Below, piece by piece: positions 49,442 to 59,614 of a stretch of DNA of 64,000 bases. This DNA is from an uncultured Candidatus Saccharibacteria bacterium. Lineage in GTDB: Bacteria > Patescibacteriota > Saccharimonadia > Saccharimonadales > Saccharimonadaceae. Made by a program: the position numbers and the translations under genes. The first letter of the stretch is position 1. Each line of letters opens with the position of its first letter. The notes beneath the pieces are model-generated. The model made no database searches and was not told the origin of the DNA. It worked only from the letters and a program-made list of their open reading frames with translations. The stretch spans positions 12,205-76,204 of the forward strand of contig CAQRDK010000005.1 of assembly GCA_948868795.1 (NCBI GenBank). Reading direction: 5' to 3'.

Positions 49442-49635
49442 AAAAGAATAGTTTTATGAAAAGTTTACTGCTGCATATTCGATACCCATGGACAGCAATC
49501 TGCTTGCTGATTTTGTGGGTAGGGTTGGCAATCATGTGCGCGGTTTTAGGGCTGCCGAGCGAAGAAATGGTCTGGCTGATATGCGGAGCAGGAATGGCAA
49601 CGTTACTAATTGCGGCGGTTGGGTTTTTAGGTTAA
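49438..49635 (+). CDS. 65-aa two-TM small protein
   Basis: ATGA overlap; two hydrophobic helices ending VGFLG. Confidence 0.65.
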   Translation: MKKNSFMKSLLLHIRYPWTAICLLILWVGLAIMCAVLGLPSEEMVWLICGAGMATLLIAAVGFLG

Positions 49636-49950
49636 TTATTTCTTTTTCGGTTTCGGCTTAGGGAGGCCTTTGAGGGTTTCGGTAATGAGCTCTTGGAGGA
49701 AGTCGAGATTGTCGAGGTCGTCGACGCGGAGCATGTTGCGCTTGGCGCTGGCATATGGGAGAACTTCGGGGAGGTCGTAATGGCTGTTGGTTGGGGTGAT
49801 TTTGACGAGGAGATGGCCGTCGCAGATGTTCGCGAAATAAGTGCCGTTGAAATAGACGAGATACTCACCCATCATCGGACGGACGGCGACGTCGCCGAGC
49901 GGCTCGAGACGGGAGACGATTTGATCTTTTTGAGCAGGAGTAGTAGACAT
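49636..49950 (-). CDS. TfoX/Sxy N-terminal domain protein
   Basis: RPMMGEY, LLVK, PY, LPKPKPKK. Confidence 0.85.
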   Translation of the reverse strand: MSTTPAQKDQIVSRLEPLGDVAVRPMMGEYLVYFNGTYFANICDGHLLVKITPTNSHYDLPEVLPYASAKRNMLRVDDLDNLDFLQELITETLKGLPKPKPKKK

Positions 49951-50098
49951 AGGCTAATTATAGCATAAGTTGGTCGCTGATGACGGAGGTAAAATGGTGT
50001 CATCTTGACAATTTTGAAAAGGTGTGCTATAATGGTAGAGAGGGGCGCTCTTTAATTCCCTTCAATCTTATCTGCGCAGGCACATAGGAGGTGTTTTT

Positions 50099-50881
50099 AT
50101 GCGCAAAAATGGTAAAAATGTCGGAAAGAAATTGGTCATCGCCTTACTTCTGGTCAATTCGCTCAGCTACGTCGGCGCCAGGGCATACTGGTACGCGACC
50201 GGCGCGGTGGCGGCGGAACTCCAGAGGGTGCGCGAGGTCGGCAGCAGCGGGGTCATGAACTACTTCGTGGCTGGTAATATCAACCAGCCGGAGAGGGCGT
50301 TCAAGTTCCTGGAGGAGAAGATCGACGGCGGCATCACTTACGTCACTTATGCAGAGACGCGGGGATGCAGCATGAAGCAGATCGTCAATCAGGTGCTGGC
50401 CGACGCGCAGCAACAGAACTGCAAGGTGCGGATTTTCGGGATTTCGATCGGCGATTACGTTTCGCGGTTTGCGGAATCGGAGCTCGACGACGTCGAGACG
50501 ATCGCCATCAACCCGGAACCGCATTCCAAAATCCTGAAGCCCTACGCCGGTGTCGGTCTGAAGATTCTGACGCCGCTGATGGAAGGAGCGACCGTGCCGT
50601 TCGGGTGGCTGAGCCACATTCCCTGCATCCGCGGGTTTTCCTTCGCATTCTTAGCAGACCAATGGCGCGACCTGTCCTACTGTTTCGACGCGCCGCACAT
50701 CACGACCAACACGCTTGGCGTCATCTGTAGCAGCGATGATGAGTTCCTGCAGAACGACGTGATCGCGGACTACTTCAAGGGCGTGCCGATCGTTATGGTC
50801 GAGGGTAAGCATGCCGACACGCAGGGCAACGCTGACGCCTACGCCGCGGCGTGGGACGAGCTGATGAGCCAGCTGGGCTGA
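50099..50881 (+). CDS. Secreted/anchored alpha/beta-hydrolase-like protein
   Basis: GISIG nucleophile elbow, DDEF, late His; TTGACA/TATAAT promoter and GGAGG RBS. Confidence 0.6.
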   Translation: MRKNGKNVGKKLVIALLLVNSLSYVGARAYWYATGAVAAELQRVREVGSSGVMNYFVAGNINQPERAFKFLEEKIDGGITYVTYAETRGCSMKQIVNQVLADAQQQNCKVRIFGISIGDYVSRFAESELDDVETIAINPEPHSKILKPYAGVGLKILTPLMEGATVPFGWLSHIPCIRGFSFAFLADQWRDLSYCFDAPHITTNTLGVICSSDDEFLQNDVIADYFKGVPIVMVEGKHADTQGNADAYAAAWDELMSQLG

Positions 50882-50911
50882 TGCCCTGGTAAGATTTTGG
50901 GTTACTTGATT

Positions 50912-50941
50912 GGCCTCGGTGCGTTTGCACCGGGGCCTTTT
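50912..50941 (+). terminator. Intrinsic terminator
   Basis: GGCCTCGGTGC-GTTT-GCACCGGGGCC-TTTT. Confidence 0.75.
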
Positions 50942-51026
50942 CCTGCGTTAAGGAGGGGCTTGAGAGTTTGTCGGGTTGACGCGAGGGTTGGTTCTAGATT
51001 GGCAATGAATAAGGTATAATGGAATT

Positions 51027-51689
51027 ATGAGAAGATTTGTGCCAGAAAATGTAAAGTTGATTCCGGAGGAGGCGGAAAAGGTTTTTCAGGGGAAGATTTG
51101 GGCGGTTTATCAATGGCCGCAGAAGATGTTTGACGGGAGTTTTGAGACTTTTGAGATGCTCAGGCGAGCGGATACGGTGAAAATTATTCCGGTCGTGACA
51201 GCGGCGGAAGCGCAGGAGCTGGGATTTGCGACAGAGGCGGCTGACGACGAGGGCGGCGAGAATGGCGTAGCTGACACGAATGGCGAGATGCGGCTGATCG
51301 TGACGAAGCAGGAACAGCCGCGGAAGGATTGTTTTTATGATTATCCGGGCGGGCGCATGGATGAAGAAGACATAGATGAGCTTGCGGCGGCGAAGCGGGA
51401 GCTACTGGAAGAGACAGGGTTGAGTTTTCGGAATTGGAAGTTGATAAAAGTCGAGCAGCCGCTTAGCAAGATTGATTGGCTAGTTTATACTTTTCTGGCG
51501 ACCGGACTAGAGGGGCATGTTTCGCAAAATCTGGATGCGGGGGAGAAAATCGAAGTCGAGGCGATGGGTTTTGAGGAGGTGCGGCGATTGATGGAGAGCG
51601 GCGAGGCGAGGTATATGCGGTTCAAAGAATTGAGCGAGCGGGTGCGACTAGAGGAAGTCTTAGACTTGCCGGAGCTGTGTAAATACTAG
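51027..51689 (+). CDS. NUDIX hydrolase
   Basis: GG...AAKRELLEETG. Confidence 0.9.
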   Translation: MRRFVPENVKLIPEEAEKVFQGKIWAVYQWPQKMFDGSFETFEMLRRADTVKIIPVVTAAEAQELGFATEAADDEGGENGVADTNGEMRLIVTKQEQPRKDCFYDYPGGRMDEEDIDELAAAKRELLEETGLSFRNWKLIKVEQPLSKIDWLVYTFLATGLEGHVSQNLDAGEKIEVEAMGFEEVRRLMESGEARYMRFKELSERVRLEEVLDLPELCKY

Positions 51690-52540
51690 TCTTTGTCGGG
51701 GTCGGTGGACTGACCGGAGGATTTTGAGGCGGAGGCGCCGCGCTTCAAGAAGGCCATAATGCGTTCGCGCTGCCAGACGCCAATGCCGAGAATGACGACA
51801 GCGAGCAGGGCAACAAGAACGACCATGACGAAGTTGGTGCCAACTTCGGCGCCGATGTAGTTCGTGAGAACGATGACTGGGAAACGGCCGAGAGCGACGA
51901 TGGCCATGAGGCGCTTGATGGAGAGATTGGTGAGGCCGGCGATATAACAAATAATATCGTCTGGGAAGCCGGGGAGAAGGAAAATCGCGAAAAGGATGAG
52001 CGAAGCGCTTTTGGCATTGATAATGAAGTCGAATTTGTCGATGGCGGACTTTTTGAATAACTTTTCGAGGAGCGGGCGACCGAAGCGACGGGCAATTTTG
52101 AAGACAATCCAGCAACCGATGACGGTGCCGATGGTCGTCCAGAGGATTCCCCAGGGTCCGAAGAGGAAGCCACCGATGCTGCCGACGATTTGGCCGGGGA
52201 TGGGGGCGACAACAGTTTGGAGAACTTGGAGCAGAATGTAGAGGAGCGGCGCGAAGGGACCCCAAGAATTGACCGTTTCGACGAGCTGGTCGCGGTTCGT
52301 AAGCAAGGTCATGAGCGGCCCATGAGCAATAATATCCCAGGCGAGATAACCGACGAGCGCGACAATGATAAGAGTTGCGATGAGAAGTTTGATGAGGGTG
52401 CGGCGAGAAATACGTTTTTTCAGGGGAGTTTCGGAAAGCGGGAGTGGGTTGATAGTTGGAGTTTTAGTGGACCGAGTTTTCGACGAGCGGGTGGTTTCTG
52501 CGGACTGGCGGTTTGGCTGATGGGGGGTTTTATTTGGCAT
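51686..52540 (-). CDS. DedA/VTT (TVP38/TMEM64) membrane protein
   Basis: APIPG, GFLFG, ARRFGR, LLPGFPDD..CYIAGL. Confidence 0.88.
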   Translation of the reverse strand: MPNKTPHQPNRQSAETTRSSKTRSTKTPTINPLPLSETPLKKRISRRTLIKLLIATLIIVALVGYLAWDIIAHGPLMTLLTNRDQLVETVNSWGPFAPLLYILLQVLQTVVAPIPGQIVGSIGGFLFGPWGILWTTIGTVIGCWIVFKIARRFGRPLLEKLFKKSAIDKFDFIINAKSASLILFAIFLLPGFPDDIICYIAGLTNLSIKRLMAIVALGRFPVIVLTNYIGAEVGTNFVMVVLVALLAVVILGIGVWQRERIMAFLKRGASASKSSGQSTDPDKD

Positions 52541-54041
52541 ATTCGACGGCACGAGTTTCACGGATCACGTTAACTTTGATGACGCCAGGGTATGACATAG
52601 TGGCTTCGATTTTATTCGCAATGTCGCGCGCGAGCTTGAGCGCGGAGAGATCGTCGATTTGCTTCGGCTCGACAATGACGCGAATTTCACGACCAGCGGA
52701 AATCGCATAGGCTTTATCAATGCCCGGGAAACTGGTGGCAATATTCTCGAGGTCACGCATGCGTTCAGCGAAGTTTTCGGCGGAAATATTGCGGGCACCG
52801 GGGCGAGCCGCCGAGAGAGCATCGACGATTTTGACGATAACGGCTTCGGGGGTAGTCGGTTCGATGTCGTCATGATGGGCAGCCATAGCGTGGACGACCT
52901 CGTCGGGCATGCCGTATTTCTTGGCGAGTTCGGCACCGATTTCGGCGTGCTTCCCTTCGATTTTATGCGTAACGGCTTTACCAATGTCATGAAGAAGGGT
53001 AGCGGTCTTCGCGACGCGCTTGTTGGCGCCAATTTCTTCAGCGATCATGCCGGCGATGTGTGCCATCTCGACGGAGTGGAGGAGAACGTTCTGGCCGTAG
53101 CTAGTGCGGAACTTCAATTCACCAAGCAGGTGGAGAAGCTCGCGCGGAATACCGACGACGCCGACTTCGCGAGCAGCATCTTCGCCGGCGCGGACGACTT
53201 CTTTTTCGATTTCGCGCTCGGCCTTGGCGACGGCTTCTTCGATTGAGCTAGGGTTGATACGGCCATCTTTCATGAGGCGCTCGAGAGCATAGCGAGCAAC
53301 TTGGCGACGAATCGGGTCAAAACTGGAAAGCACGACCATGCCAGGAGTATCATCAACCATAATATCGACACCGGTAGCGCGCTGAAGAGCTTGGATGTTG
53401 CGGCCTTCCTTACCGATAATGCGACCTTTCATGTCGTCGTCAGGAAGTTTCAGGGCGGTGACGGTGCGGTCGGCAGTAACTTCGGAAGACATGCGTTCCA
53501 TAGCCGTAAGGAGGATCGCTTGCGCGGTTTCATCAATTTCGTGTTTGATTTCCTTCTGCTCTTTCGCAACAAGTCCGGCGAGATCTTGCTTAATGTCGCG
53601 CTCAGTCATTTGCATTAACTTATCGCGGGCATCTTCCTTCGTCAGGCCAGCGATTTTTTCCAACTTTTCTTGCTGTTTATTGCGAATGTCGCGAACTTCA
53701 GTTTTCAAATCATCGAGCTCTTTTTCTTGCTTAGCAAGGCGCTCGGTTTTCTGTTCAAGCTGGTCAAGCTTATTGTCGAGGTTTGCTTCACGTTCGCTGA
53801 GACGATTCTCGGTTTTCTTCCATTCACGGCGACGCTCGGCTTCTTCTTGCTGGGATTTTTCGGCCATACTAGCGGCATCAGTTTTCGCTTTCAGAACGAT
53901 ATCCGAAGCTTCGTTTTTAGCTTTGCGCACGAGATCTTCGGCTTTGTTTTTGCCACCGTTCTCGTTTTTCTTGTTGTAGGCAAAAATCCCGCCCGCACCG
54001 ACAGCGATGCCGACGATCAGGGCAATAATTGCTGGTATCAT
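52530..54041 (-). CDS. rny: Ribonuclease Y
   Basis: TM, coiled coil, KH (KGRIIGKEGRNI), HD (LHDIGK), YAISAGRE. Confidence 0.97.
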   Translation of the reverse strand: MIPAIIALIVGIAVGAGGIFAYNKKNENGGKNKAEDLVRKAKNEASDIVLKAKTDAASMAEKSQQEEAERRREWKKTENRLSEREANLDNKLDQLEQKTERLAKQEKELDDLKTEVRDIRNKQQEKLEKIAGLTKEDARDKLMQMTERDIKQDLAGLVAKEQKEIKHEIDETAQAILLTAMERMSSEVTADRTVTALKLPDDDMKGRIIGKEGRNIQALQRATGVDIMVDDTPGMVVLSSFDPIRRQVARYALERLMKDGRINPSSIEEAVAKAEREIEKEVVRAGEDAAREVGVVGIPRELLHLLGELKFRTSYGQNVLLHSVEMAHIAGMIAEEIGANKRVAKTATLLHDIGKAVTHKIEGKHAEIGAELAKKYGMPDEVVHAMAAHHDDIEPTTPEAVIVKIVDALSAARPGARNISAENFAERMRDLENIATSFPGIDKAYAISAGREIRVIVEPKQIDDLSALKLARDIANKIEATMSYPGVIKVNVIRETRAVEYAK

Positions 54042-54191
54042 AATAACCTTTCCAATTTGTGTGTCGACATTTTTCTCTATGCCGACGGGGTAACAAATAA
54101 AATATAAAATTAATAAGTTTCTGGGGTTATTATAGCATAATTTTCGGAAAGTGGGAACAACTTATAGGATTACTTGCGCGGAGCAATGCGA

Positions 54192-54524
54192 TTATTTTCG
54201 TGGAGCAGAGATATTAGCGGGGCGACCGTATTCGGGAAGGATGATTTTATGTTGGTTGCCGTGATGATCATAGAGCGGGATATTCAGCTGGTCAGCGAGA
54301 GTATTCACAATTGCGGCACCAATGCGGAGACCCGTAAAAGAACCGGGACCGCTCATGTAAGTTATTTCGGAAATATCTTGCCAGTCGGCGTGATTTTCTT
54401 GCAACTTATCATGAATGAAAGTGAAAATCTTCTCAGCCATTTCGTGGCCAGATTCCCATTCGTAAGTCTGGTCGTCGAGTTTCAAGATGCAAGTGTCGGT
54501 CGAGGTGTCGAGATAAAGTTTCAT
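54192..54524 (-). CDS. tsaB: t6A biosynthesis protein TsaB (short form)
   Basis: LDTS, GPGSFTGLRIG. Confidence 0.85.
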   Translation of the reverse strand: MKLYLDTSTDTCILKLDDQTYEWESGHEMAEKIFTFIHDKLQENHADWQDISEITYMSGPGSFTGLRIGAAIVNTLADQLNIPLYDHHGNQHKIILPEYGRPANISAPRK

Positions 54525-55069
54525 TTTTGCTCCTTCGGTTGGCTGGCGTCGACGAGATTAGAAGGATTTGCGGCTTCGGCGGTTTTGGCGGGTTTTGAGG
54601 TATTGGCGGTTTTGATGATCTTGACGAGGCGGGAGCCATCTTCCTGAAGAGAGATTTCAAGGCGCGTTTTGTCGGCAGGGAGCAAGTCGGCGACGTCTCC
54701 ACCCCATTCAACCACAATGATCGAGTTCGGCTCAGCCAGGGCTTCAGCGAGTTCGTCGCGCATGATGCCGGGATCGTCGAGGCGGTAAAAATCATAGTGA
54801 ATGAGCTGGGCGGTTTGACCGTTTCGTGGGGACGGGAAGGCGTAGCGTTTGGAAATGGTAAAACTGGGGCTGGTGACCGGCTCTTCAACTTTTAAGCCTT
54901 CGGCGAGACCGCGAGTAAAAGTGGTTTTGCCGGCGCCGACATCACCGATAAGTTCAAAGACGGTGTGTGGGTTATCATGGTCGGCGAGAATTTGCGCAGC
55001 GAAATCACGGCCGAGCGCGAGCATTTCGGCTTCGGAAGCGATTTTAAGTTCATCATGGGGGCAGTTCAT
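54521..55069 (-). CDS. tsaE: t6A biosynthesis ATPase TsaE
   Basis: GDVGAGKTT, VTSPSF, HYDFYR, VEW. Confidence 0.95.
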   Translation of the reverse strand: MNCPHDELKIASEAEMLALGRDFAAQILADHDNPHTVFELIGDVGAGKTTFTRGLAEGLKVEEPVTSPSFTISKRYAFPSPRNGQTAQLIHYDFYRLDDPGIMRDELAEALAEPNSIIVVEWGGDVADLLPADKTRLEISLQEDGSRLVKIIKTANTSKPAKTAEAANPSNLVDASQPKEQK

Positions 55070-56678
55070 GCGTATTATTATAGCATATTTCTACGGTTTC
55101 GGCGATGAGTTCAGGAGAGGAGTCGGCAGGGCGTTGGCGGAGTTTGTGAGATTGGCGGTTGAGGCGCTGACATGGTGAGAGAGTTTTGTTGAGCTGGCGA
55201 GAGCGACGAGTGAAGTATCGGCGGAGTGAGGTATAGATAAGACAGAAGACAATCGGGAGGTAGAGGAGGAAAATGCGAGGGTCGGCAGGAGAAAGTTCAA
55301 AAATGAGAGCGGTTTTCGTGCTAAGAAAATTGATGCAGTTGATATGGAAATTTAGGAGGATGGTGGCGAGAGTAGCAATCGGCGTGGCGAGAAACGAGAG
55401 AAAACTGGTCGCGCCAGAAAGGAAGACGAGGAGCATGGCGTAGGGGAGCGTGGGGAGAATGACGAGATTCGCGACAAAGGAGAGGAGCGAAAATGTGCCG
55501 AAGTTGAAGATCAAAAGAGGAGTGCAAATGAGACTGGTGGCAAAGCTAGTGATGAGCATGGAGGCGAGCCAAGGAGGTTTCTTGCCGCCGTAGAGAAACT
55601 TTGTGAGATGAGGGGCGAGAATGAGGATACCGAAAAAGGAGGCGAAAGAAAGTTGCCAGCCGAGGCCGAGAAGGTTGGTCGGGGAGATGAGGAGAGTGAG
55701 AGCGGCGACGAGAAGGATAAGACGGAGCGGAGTAAAGGTGCGACCGACATAGCCGAATAAGAGACTAAGGCCAGCGACAAGAGCGGCGCGAGTCATAGAA
55801 GCGGTGAAACCGACAACAAGCGCAAAAGCAAAGATGGCAAGGAGTGAGAAAAGGAGACCGGCAAATTTAGAGATTTTGCCAAAAAGCTTCTTAATAAGTC
55901 CGACTAAGATGCCGAGGTGAGCGCCGGAAGCAACGACGACGTGCGTCATACCGACGGAGCGAAGGGTTTCGGAAAAATCTTCGGAAAGTCCAGTTTTGTC
56001 ACCGACAAGATAGCCGAGTCCGAGGTCAGCCGCTGGCGACGGGATATGTTCGCGAACTTTGTCAGCGAAAAAGTTTTTGAACTTGGCAGCAAGGTCGCCA
56101 GGATCGGCGCGGTCGATGTTCAAGATTTCCGGACGGTAAATTGCGGCGGGGTAGGTGCCGAAACCTTGGCTGAGTTTCCCCGTTATAGTGATTTTGTCGG
56201 AACGAAGGAGAGTCTCGGAAGTGGCGGTTTTTGAAAGTTGGATGTAGAGGGTGGCGCCGAGCGGCTTCGTTGCGCTACTATCAAGATTTTCAGATGGACT
56301 GATTTTTAGATCAGTTAAAGTCATAGCGACGCCGCTATCTTTGATGGCCGGTTCGGCAGAAACTTTGCCAGTTAGCGTGATATTTTGGCCGATTTGCGCT
56401 TCGATAAACTGCGTGTCGACAGCTTCTGGCGCGACGCGACAACTAGCAAAAATTATTCCGGCAGTAAAAGCAAGAATAATCGTAATACGGCTAGTGCGGA
56501 GGATGGCGATAATCAGGAGGGCGCACGCGAGGGCTAGGCAGGCGAAGCCGGAGAAAGGCGGCTGAATGAGCTGGGTTTCGAGTATAACGATGCCGGAGAT
56601 AATACCGACGACGCAAGCATAGAAAGCCCAGGAAGGGTGAAGAGGAAGTCTGAGTTGTCTTGACAGCAATTTTAGCAT
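55053..56678 (-). CDS. comEC: ComEC/Rec2 competence protein (no MBL domain)
   Basis: HVVVASGAH, SMTRA, GWQLSF, ANL. Confidence 0.9.
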   Translation of the reverse strand: MLKLLSRQLRLPLHPSWAFYACVVGIISGIVILETQLIQPPFSGFACLALACALLIIAILRTSRITIILAFTAGIIFASCRVAPEAVDTQFIEAQIGQNITLTGKVSAEPAIKDSGVAMTLTDLKISPSENLDSSATKPLGATLYIQLSKTATSETLLRSDKITITGKLSQGFGTYPAAIYRPEILNIDRADPGDLAAKFKNFFADKVREHIPSPAADLGLGYLVGDKTGLSEDFSETLRSVGMTHVVVASGAHLGILVGLIKKLFGKISKFAGLLFSLLAIFAFALVVGFTASMTRAALVAGLSLLFGYVGRTFTPLRLILLVAALTLLISPTNLLGLGWQLSFASFFGILILAPHLTKFLYGGKKPPWLASMLITSFATSLICTPLLIFNFGTFSLLSFVANLVILPTLPYAMLLVFLSGATSFLSFLATPIATLATILLNFHINCINFLSTKTALIFELSPADPRIFLLYLPIVFCLIYTSLRRYFTRRSRQLNKTLSPCQRLNRQSHKLRQRPADSSPELIAETVEICYNNTHELPP

Positions 56679-56794
56679 GAGTATAATAAATTATAAGCCT
56701 AGGCGTGGCAACTTTGGTTTTGACTAGGAGGGTCGCTAAGTTTTGCGAAAACTACTAGACATAACTGCAATAGTAAGGTACAATTAGGTTAGGT

Positions 56795-56926
56795 TTAGTG
56801 ATTATTGTTATTGCTGATTGTGAGATTCACGTCGCCAGTAACAATAATTTTTTGTTCGTAAGTTTTTTGGCCCACAATGCGGTTCTTCAGAAAACTCACG
56901 AATTTCGAGATGAGGTTTTTGATCAT
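56795..56926 (-). CDS. Candidate 43-aa small protein
   Basis: MIKNLISKFVSFLKNRIVG...; AGGAG RBS; upstream TATACT. Confidence 0.4.
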   Translation of the reverse strand: MIKNLISKFVSFLKNRIVGQKTYEQKIIVTGDVNLTISNNNNH

Positions 56927-57196
56927 GCTCCTACTTTCCCTCTGCTCTAACTCCACACCCTACATTACTTATGTACTAGCCGCCTAGACTATGCGTTCGA
57001 GTATATAACAAATCTTTCCAAAATAACAAGCACAGGCACAATAAAAGTTGCGATTTTAGGTTTTGGAAGATTTTACTGCGAAAATCCGGCATTATATCAT
57101 ATTTTGGCTTCGAGATACAAGCACAGCCGTTTATAAAATATAGCGGAAGTTAAGATGCTCCCGCTAATTTTATAGTCGTAGGCAGTTTTGGTGATG

Positions 57197-59614
57197 CTAG
57201 TTTTTGGCGGTACGGCGAGTTTTTTGGTAGACGTCGAGACCAGCGCGAAGGCCGGCGGAGAAACTTTTGAAAAAGTTGGAGATTGGCGCCAGACTGAAGC
57301 GAAGGGCTTTGCGAAGCGACTTCGGGAGAGGTCTGGCGAGGCAGAGGTGCGGGTCAGTTTCATCGATGGCGGTGACACCGGTGGACCAATTGCGAACAGG
57401 AACGGCTTCGTCAACAAGGAAAGAGGCAAGCCTTGTTTGTGTCTGGTTTTGGGCAAATGGCTGGACGGGGGCAGAGTTTAGCGTTGGATAGATGAGAGCA
57501 AGACGCGAGACGAGAAGGGTGAGGTTTTGGACGGCGGCGTCGATTTGGGTCTGGTCGGCGTTCGCGAGGAGGGGCTTGATGCGGGCGAGCTCGGACAACA
57601 ATATATTATATGTCTCGGGCGTGTAGTCGGCAGGGTTGAGGGTAGAAATTTGGCTAATGGTAGTCGCGAGAGCGGTGAGGTCAGGGGTTGCGGGTTGAGC
57701 GGGGGCCGTCGCGACTGGTTGAGCGGGTGCTGGGCTTGGTTGGACGAGAGGTTGCGGGATAGGATTGATCGCCGGGGTAACTGGGGCTGGCTCGGTTGAC
57801 AAAGGCTGAGCATCTTGGTTGGTTGATGCTTTAGTCTTTTGATCAAGCTGTGGCTTAGTCTTTGGGTCGGCGGCGATTTCGTCAAGGACGGCGCCGTGGT
57901 AGAAAAGCGCGTCAAGCTCGTCGTCGGTGAGGGAGAACTCATCGCGCTCTTCGAGATTGTCGAAGGCAGCGAGAAGCTTCGCAGAAGCATCGCGAATGGC
58001 GGCGAGAGTGATAATTTTAGCAGAGAGGAGCTGCTCGGCGTCACGAATGGCCTCTTGAAGATCAGCGAAACCGACCTCGTAGTCGCTGGATTTGAGATTT
58101 TTCATCTCAGCAAGAGCATCGGAGAGAGCCTTGGTCGTGGCGATTTTTTCGGCGCACTCGGCCTCGTCGTAGGTCGGAGGAAGAGGAAGTTTCTGGAGAG
58201 GGGTGATGGCGGGCTCGACGGCTGGTTTCGGAGAGGATTGTTCGGGAAGGCGTTGCTGAAGGGCGTTTTGCTGGGGGATATTTTGCTGGGGAGCGGGGCG
58301 CATAGCTTCAATGATTTCTTTGGGATATGGTTCAGGTTCCGGCTCGGGGAGGAGGACGATTTCGGGCTTGAGCATCTTGAGATGGAGCGCAGGATGGAGG
58401 CTGAAACTTCCCTCTTCGATGTCGAGTTCGGGTTCGATAACATAGTGAAGGACATCGAGAGCGCCAGAAAAGTCACCGCCTTTGATAACGAAACTTTCGA
58501 GCGAGGAAGGGTCGCCGGCGACGGCAAAGGACTTTTCGCCGAGATAACTGCCGCCTTCGACGACGACGTTAAGGTCGTGCTTGGTGCCAGAAGCGATGCG
58601 AATGGCGGCGTTGGCGGGGGTGGGGTCGGGTTCCATCTCGGTTTCGGGGGTTTCTTCATCGGCGAGGTTTGCGTCGGCGGCTTCGAGGACGGGTGCGCAG
58701 ATAGGGACAGTGGATTCTGTGTAGGCGGAGCCGGTGGCGATGATTTCGGTGTGAGAGAAGTTGATTTGGCCGGACTTCAAGAGAGCGCCAGTCGCACCGG
58801 TGAGTTTCGCGGCACCGATGTTCCAGTTCGCATAGCCGGCGGCTTCAAGAGCAGAGCCGAGAGTCTCGTCGGCGGTGATGCGGGCGCCGCTGCGGATGTT
58901 GATGACTGGGAGATTAACTTCACGGCCGCGGATGTGACGAGAGAGGCCGATGCCGTCGCGGGCGATAATTTCGCCAGAGAGGTTGATAGTGAGACCATAG
59001 GCGACGCCGAGGTTTGGCGAGATGAGAATGCCGTAAGAATCGGGGGCGAAAAGGCTGATGCCGTCGTCGATGGTAAGGGTGGTGTAGGCGGGCATACCGA
59101 TACTGATGGCGCCGAAGACGCGGATGGCGACGCTGCGCGCGCCCATGGCGAAGATCTTGCCCTTGCCGGTCAGGGTAACTTCGCCGCTACGAATGTCAAG
59201 AACGCGAGCGCCGGGATTGGTTTCTTCGGAAATGATGTTATAACCGTTGAAGTTAATGGCGACATCGTGGTTAATTAAGATGTTGTCGGGGGCGATGATA
59301 TTGGCACCGAGGGTGATCTGGACAGCTTCGGCTTCAAGGGCGGCGAGGAGCTCAGGATAGGATTGAATTGAGTTGACGTTGAAGGGTTTCTCACGAGTGA
59401 CTTTGCGAATGCGGCGGAGAGGCTGGAAGATGGCGTCGGTAGTGTTGGAAGTGGGGAGGGAGTTGCTCGGGGTGGAGTTTTTAAGCGCGGACATGCCAAG
59501 CCGCCGAGCTTTGAGGTTTTCTAATTCCCCGACGTTCGGCTGGACGCTCACGATCGGATCGGGCGCCTTTGGGATTTTTGGAGCACGAATGGCTTTTTGC
59601 TTGCGCTTTCTCAT
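57197..59614 (-). CDS. Large hypothetical protein (beta-helix-like region, FIVAR-like helical modules, Pro-rich linkers)
   Basis: Gly/Ile-rich beta repeats; DYTPETY..L and QTQIDAAV..L modules. Confidence 0.65.
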   Translation of the reverse strand: MRKRKQKAIRAPKIPKAPDPIVSVQPNVGELENLKARRLGMSALKNSTPSNSLPTSNTTDAIFQPLRRIRKVTREKPFNVNSIQSYPELLAALEAEAVQITLGANIIAPDNILINHDVAINFNGYNIISEETNPGARVLDIRSGEVTLTGKGKIFAMGARSVAIRVFGAISIGMPAYTTLTIDDGISLFAPDSYGILISPNLGVAYGLTINLSGEIIARDGIGLSRHIRGREVNLPVINIRSGARITADETLGSALEAAGYANWNIGAAKLTGATGALLKSGQINFSHTEIIATGSAYTESTVPICAPVLEAADANLADEETPETEMEPDPTPANAAIRIASGTKHDLNVVVEGGSYLGEKSFAVAGDPSSLESFVIKGGDFSGALDVLHYVIEPELDIEEGSFSLHPALHLKMLKPEIVLLPEPEPEPYPKEIIEAMRPAPQQNIPQQNALQQRLPEQSSPKPAVEPAITPLQKLPLPPTYDEAECAEKIATTKALSDALAEMKNLKSSDYEVGFADLQEAIRDAEQLLSAKIITLAAIRDASAKLLAAFDNLEERDEFSLTDDELDALFYHGAVLDEIAADPKTKPQLDQKTKASTNQDAQPLSTEPAPVTPAINPIPQPLVQPSPAPAQPVATAPAQPATPDLTALATTISQISTLNPADYTPETYNILLSELARIKPLLANADQTQIDAAVQNLTLLVSRLALIYPTLNSAPVQPFAQNQTQTRLASFLVDEAVPVRNWSTGVTAIDETDPHLCLARPLPKSLRKALRFSLAPISNFFKSFSAGLRAGLDVYQKTRRTAKN

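Noticed and set aside
54192..54524. TsaB as a pseudogene
   Set aside because: Clean ATGA coupling to tsaE and intact core motif; more likely a reduced form
57839..59278. Long antisense ORFs (also 17088-17999, 18275-19039, 5550-6161)
   Set aside because: Shadows of real genes caused by codon bias; no motifs or start signals
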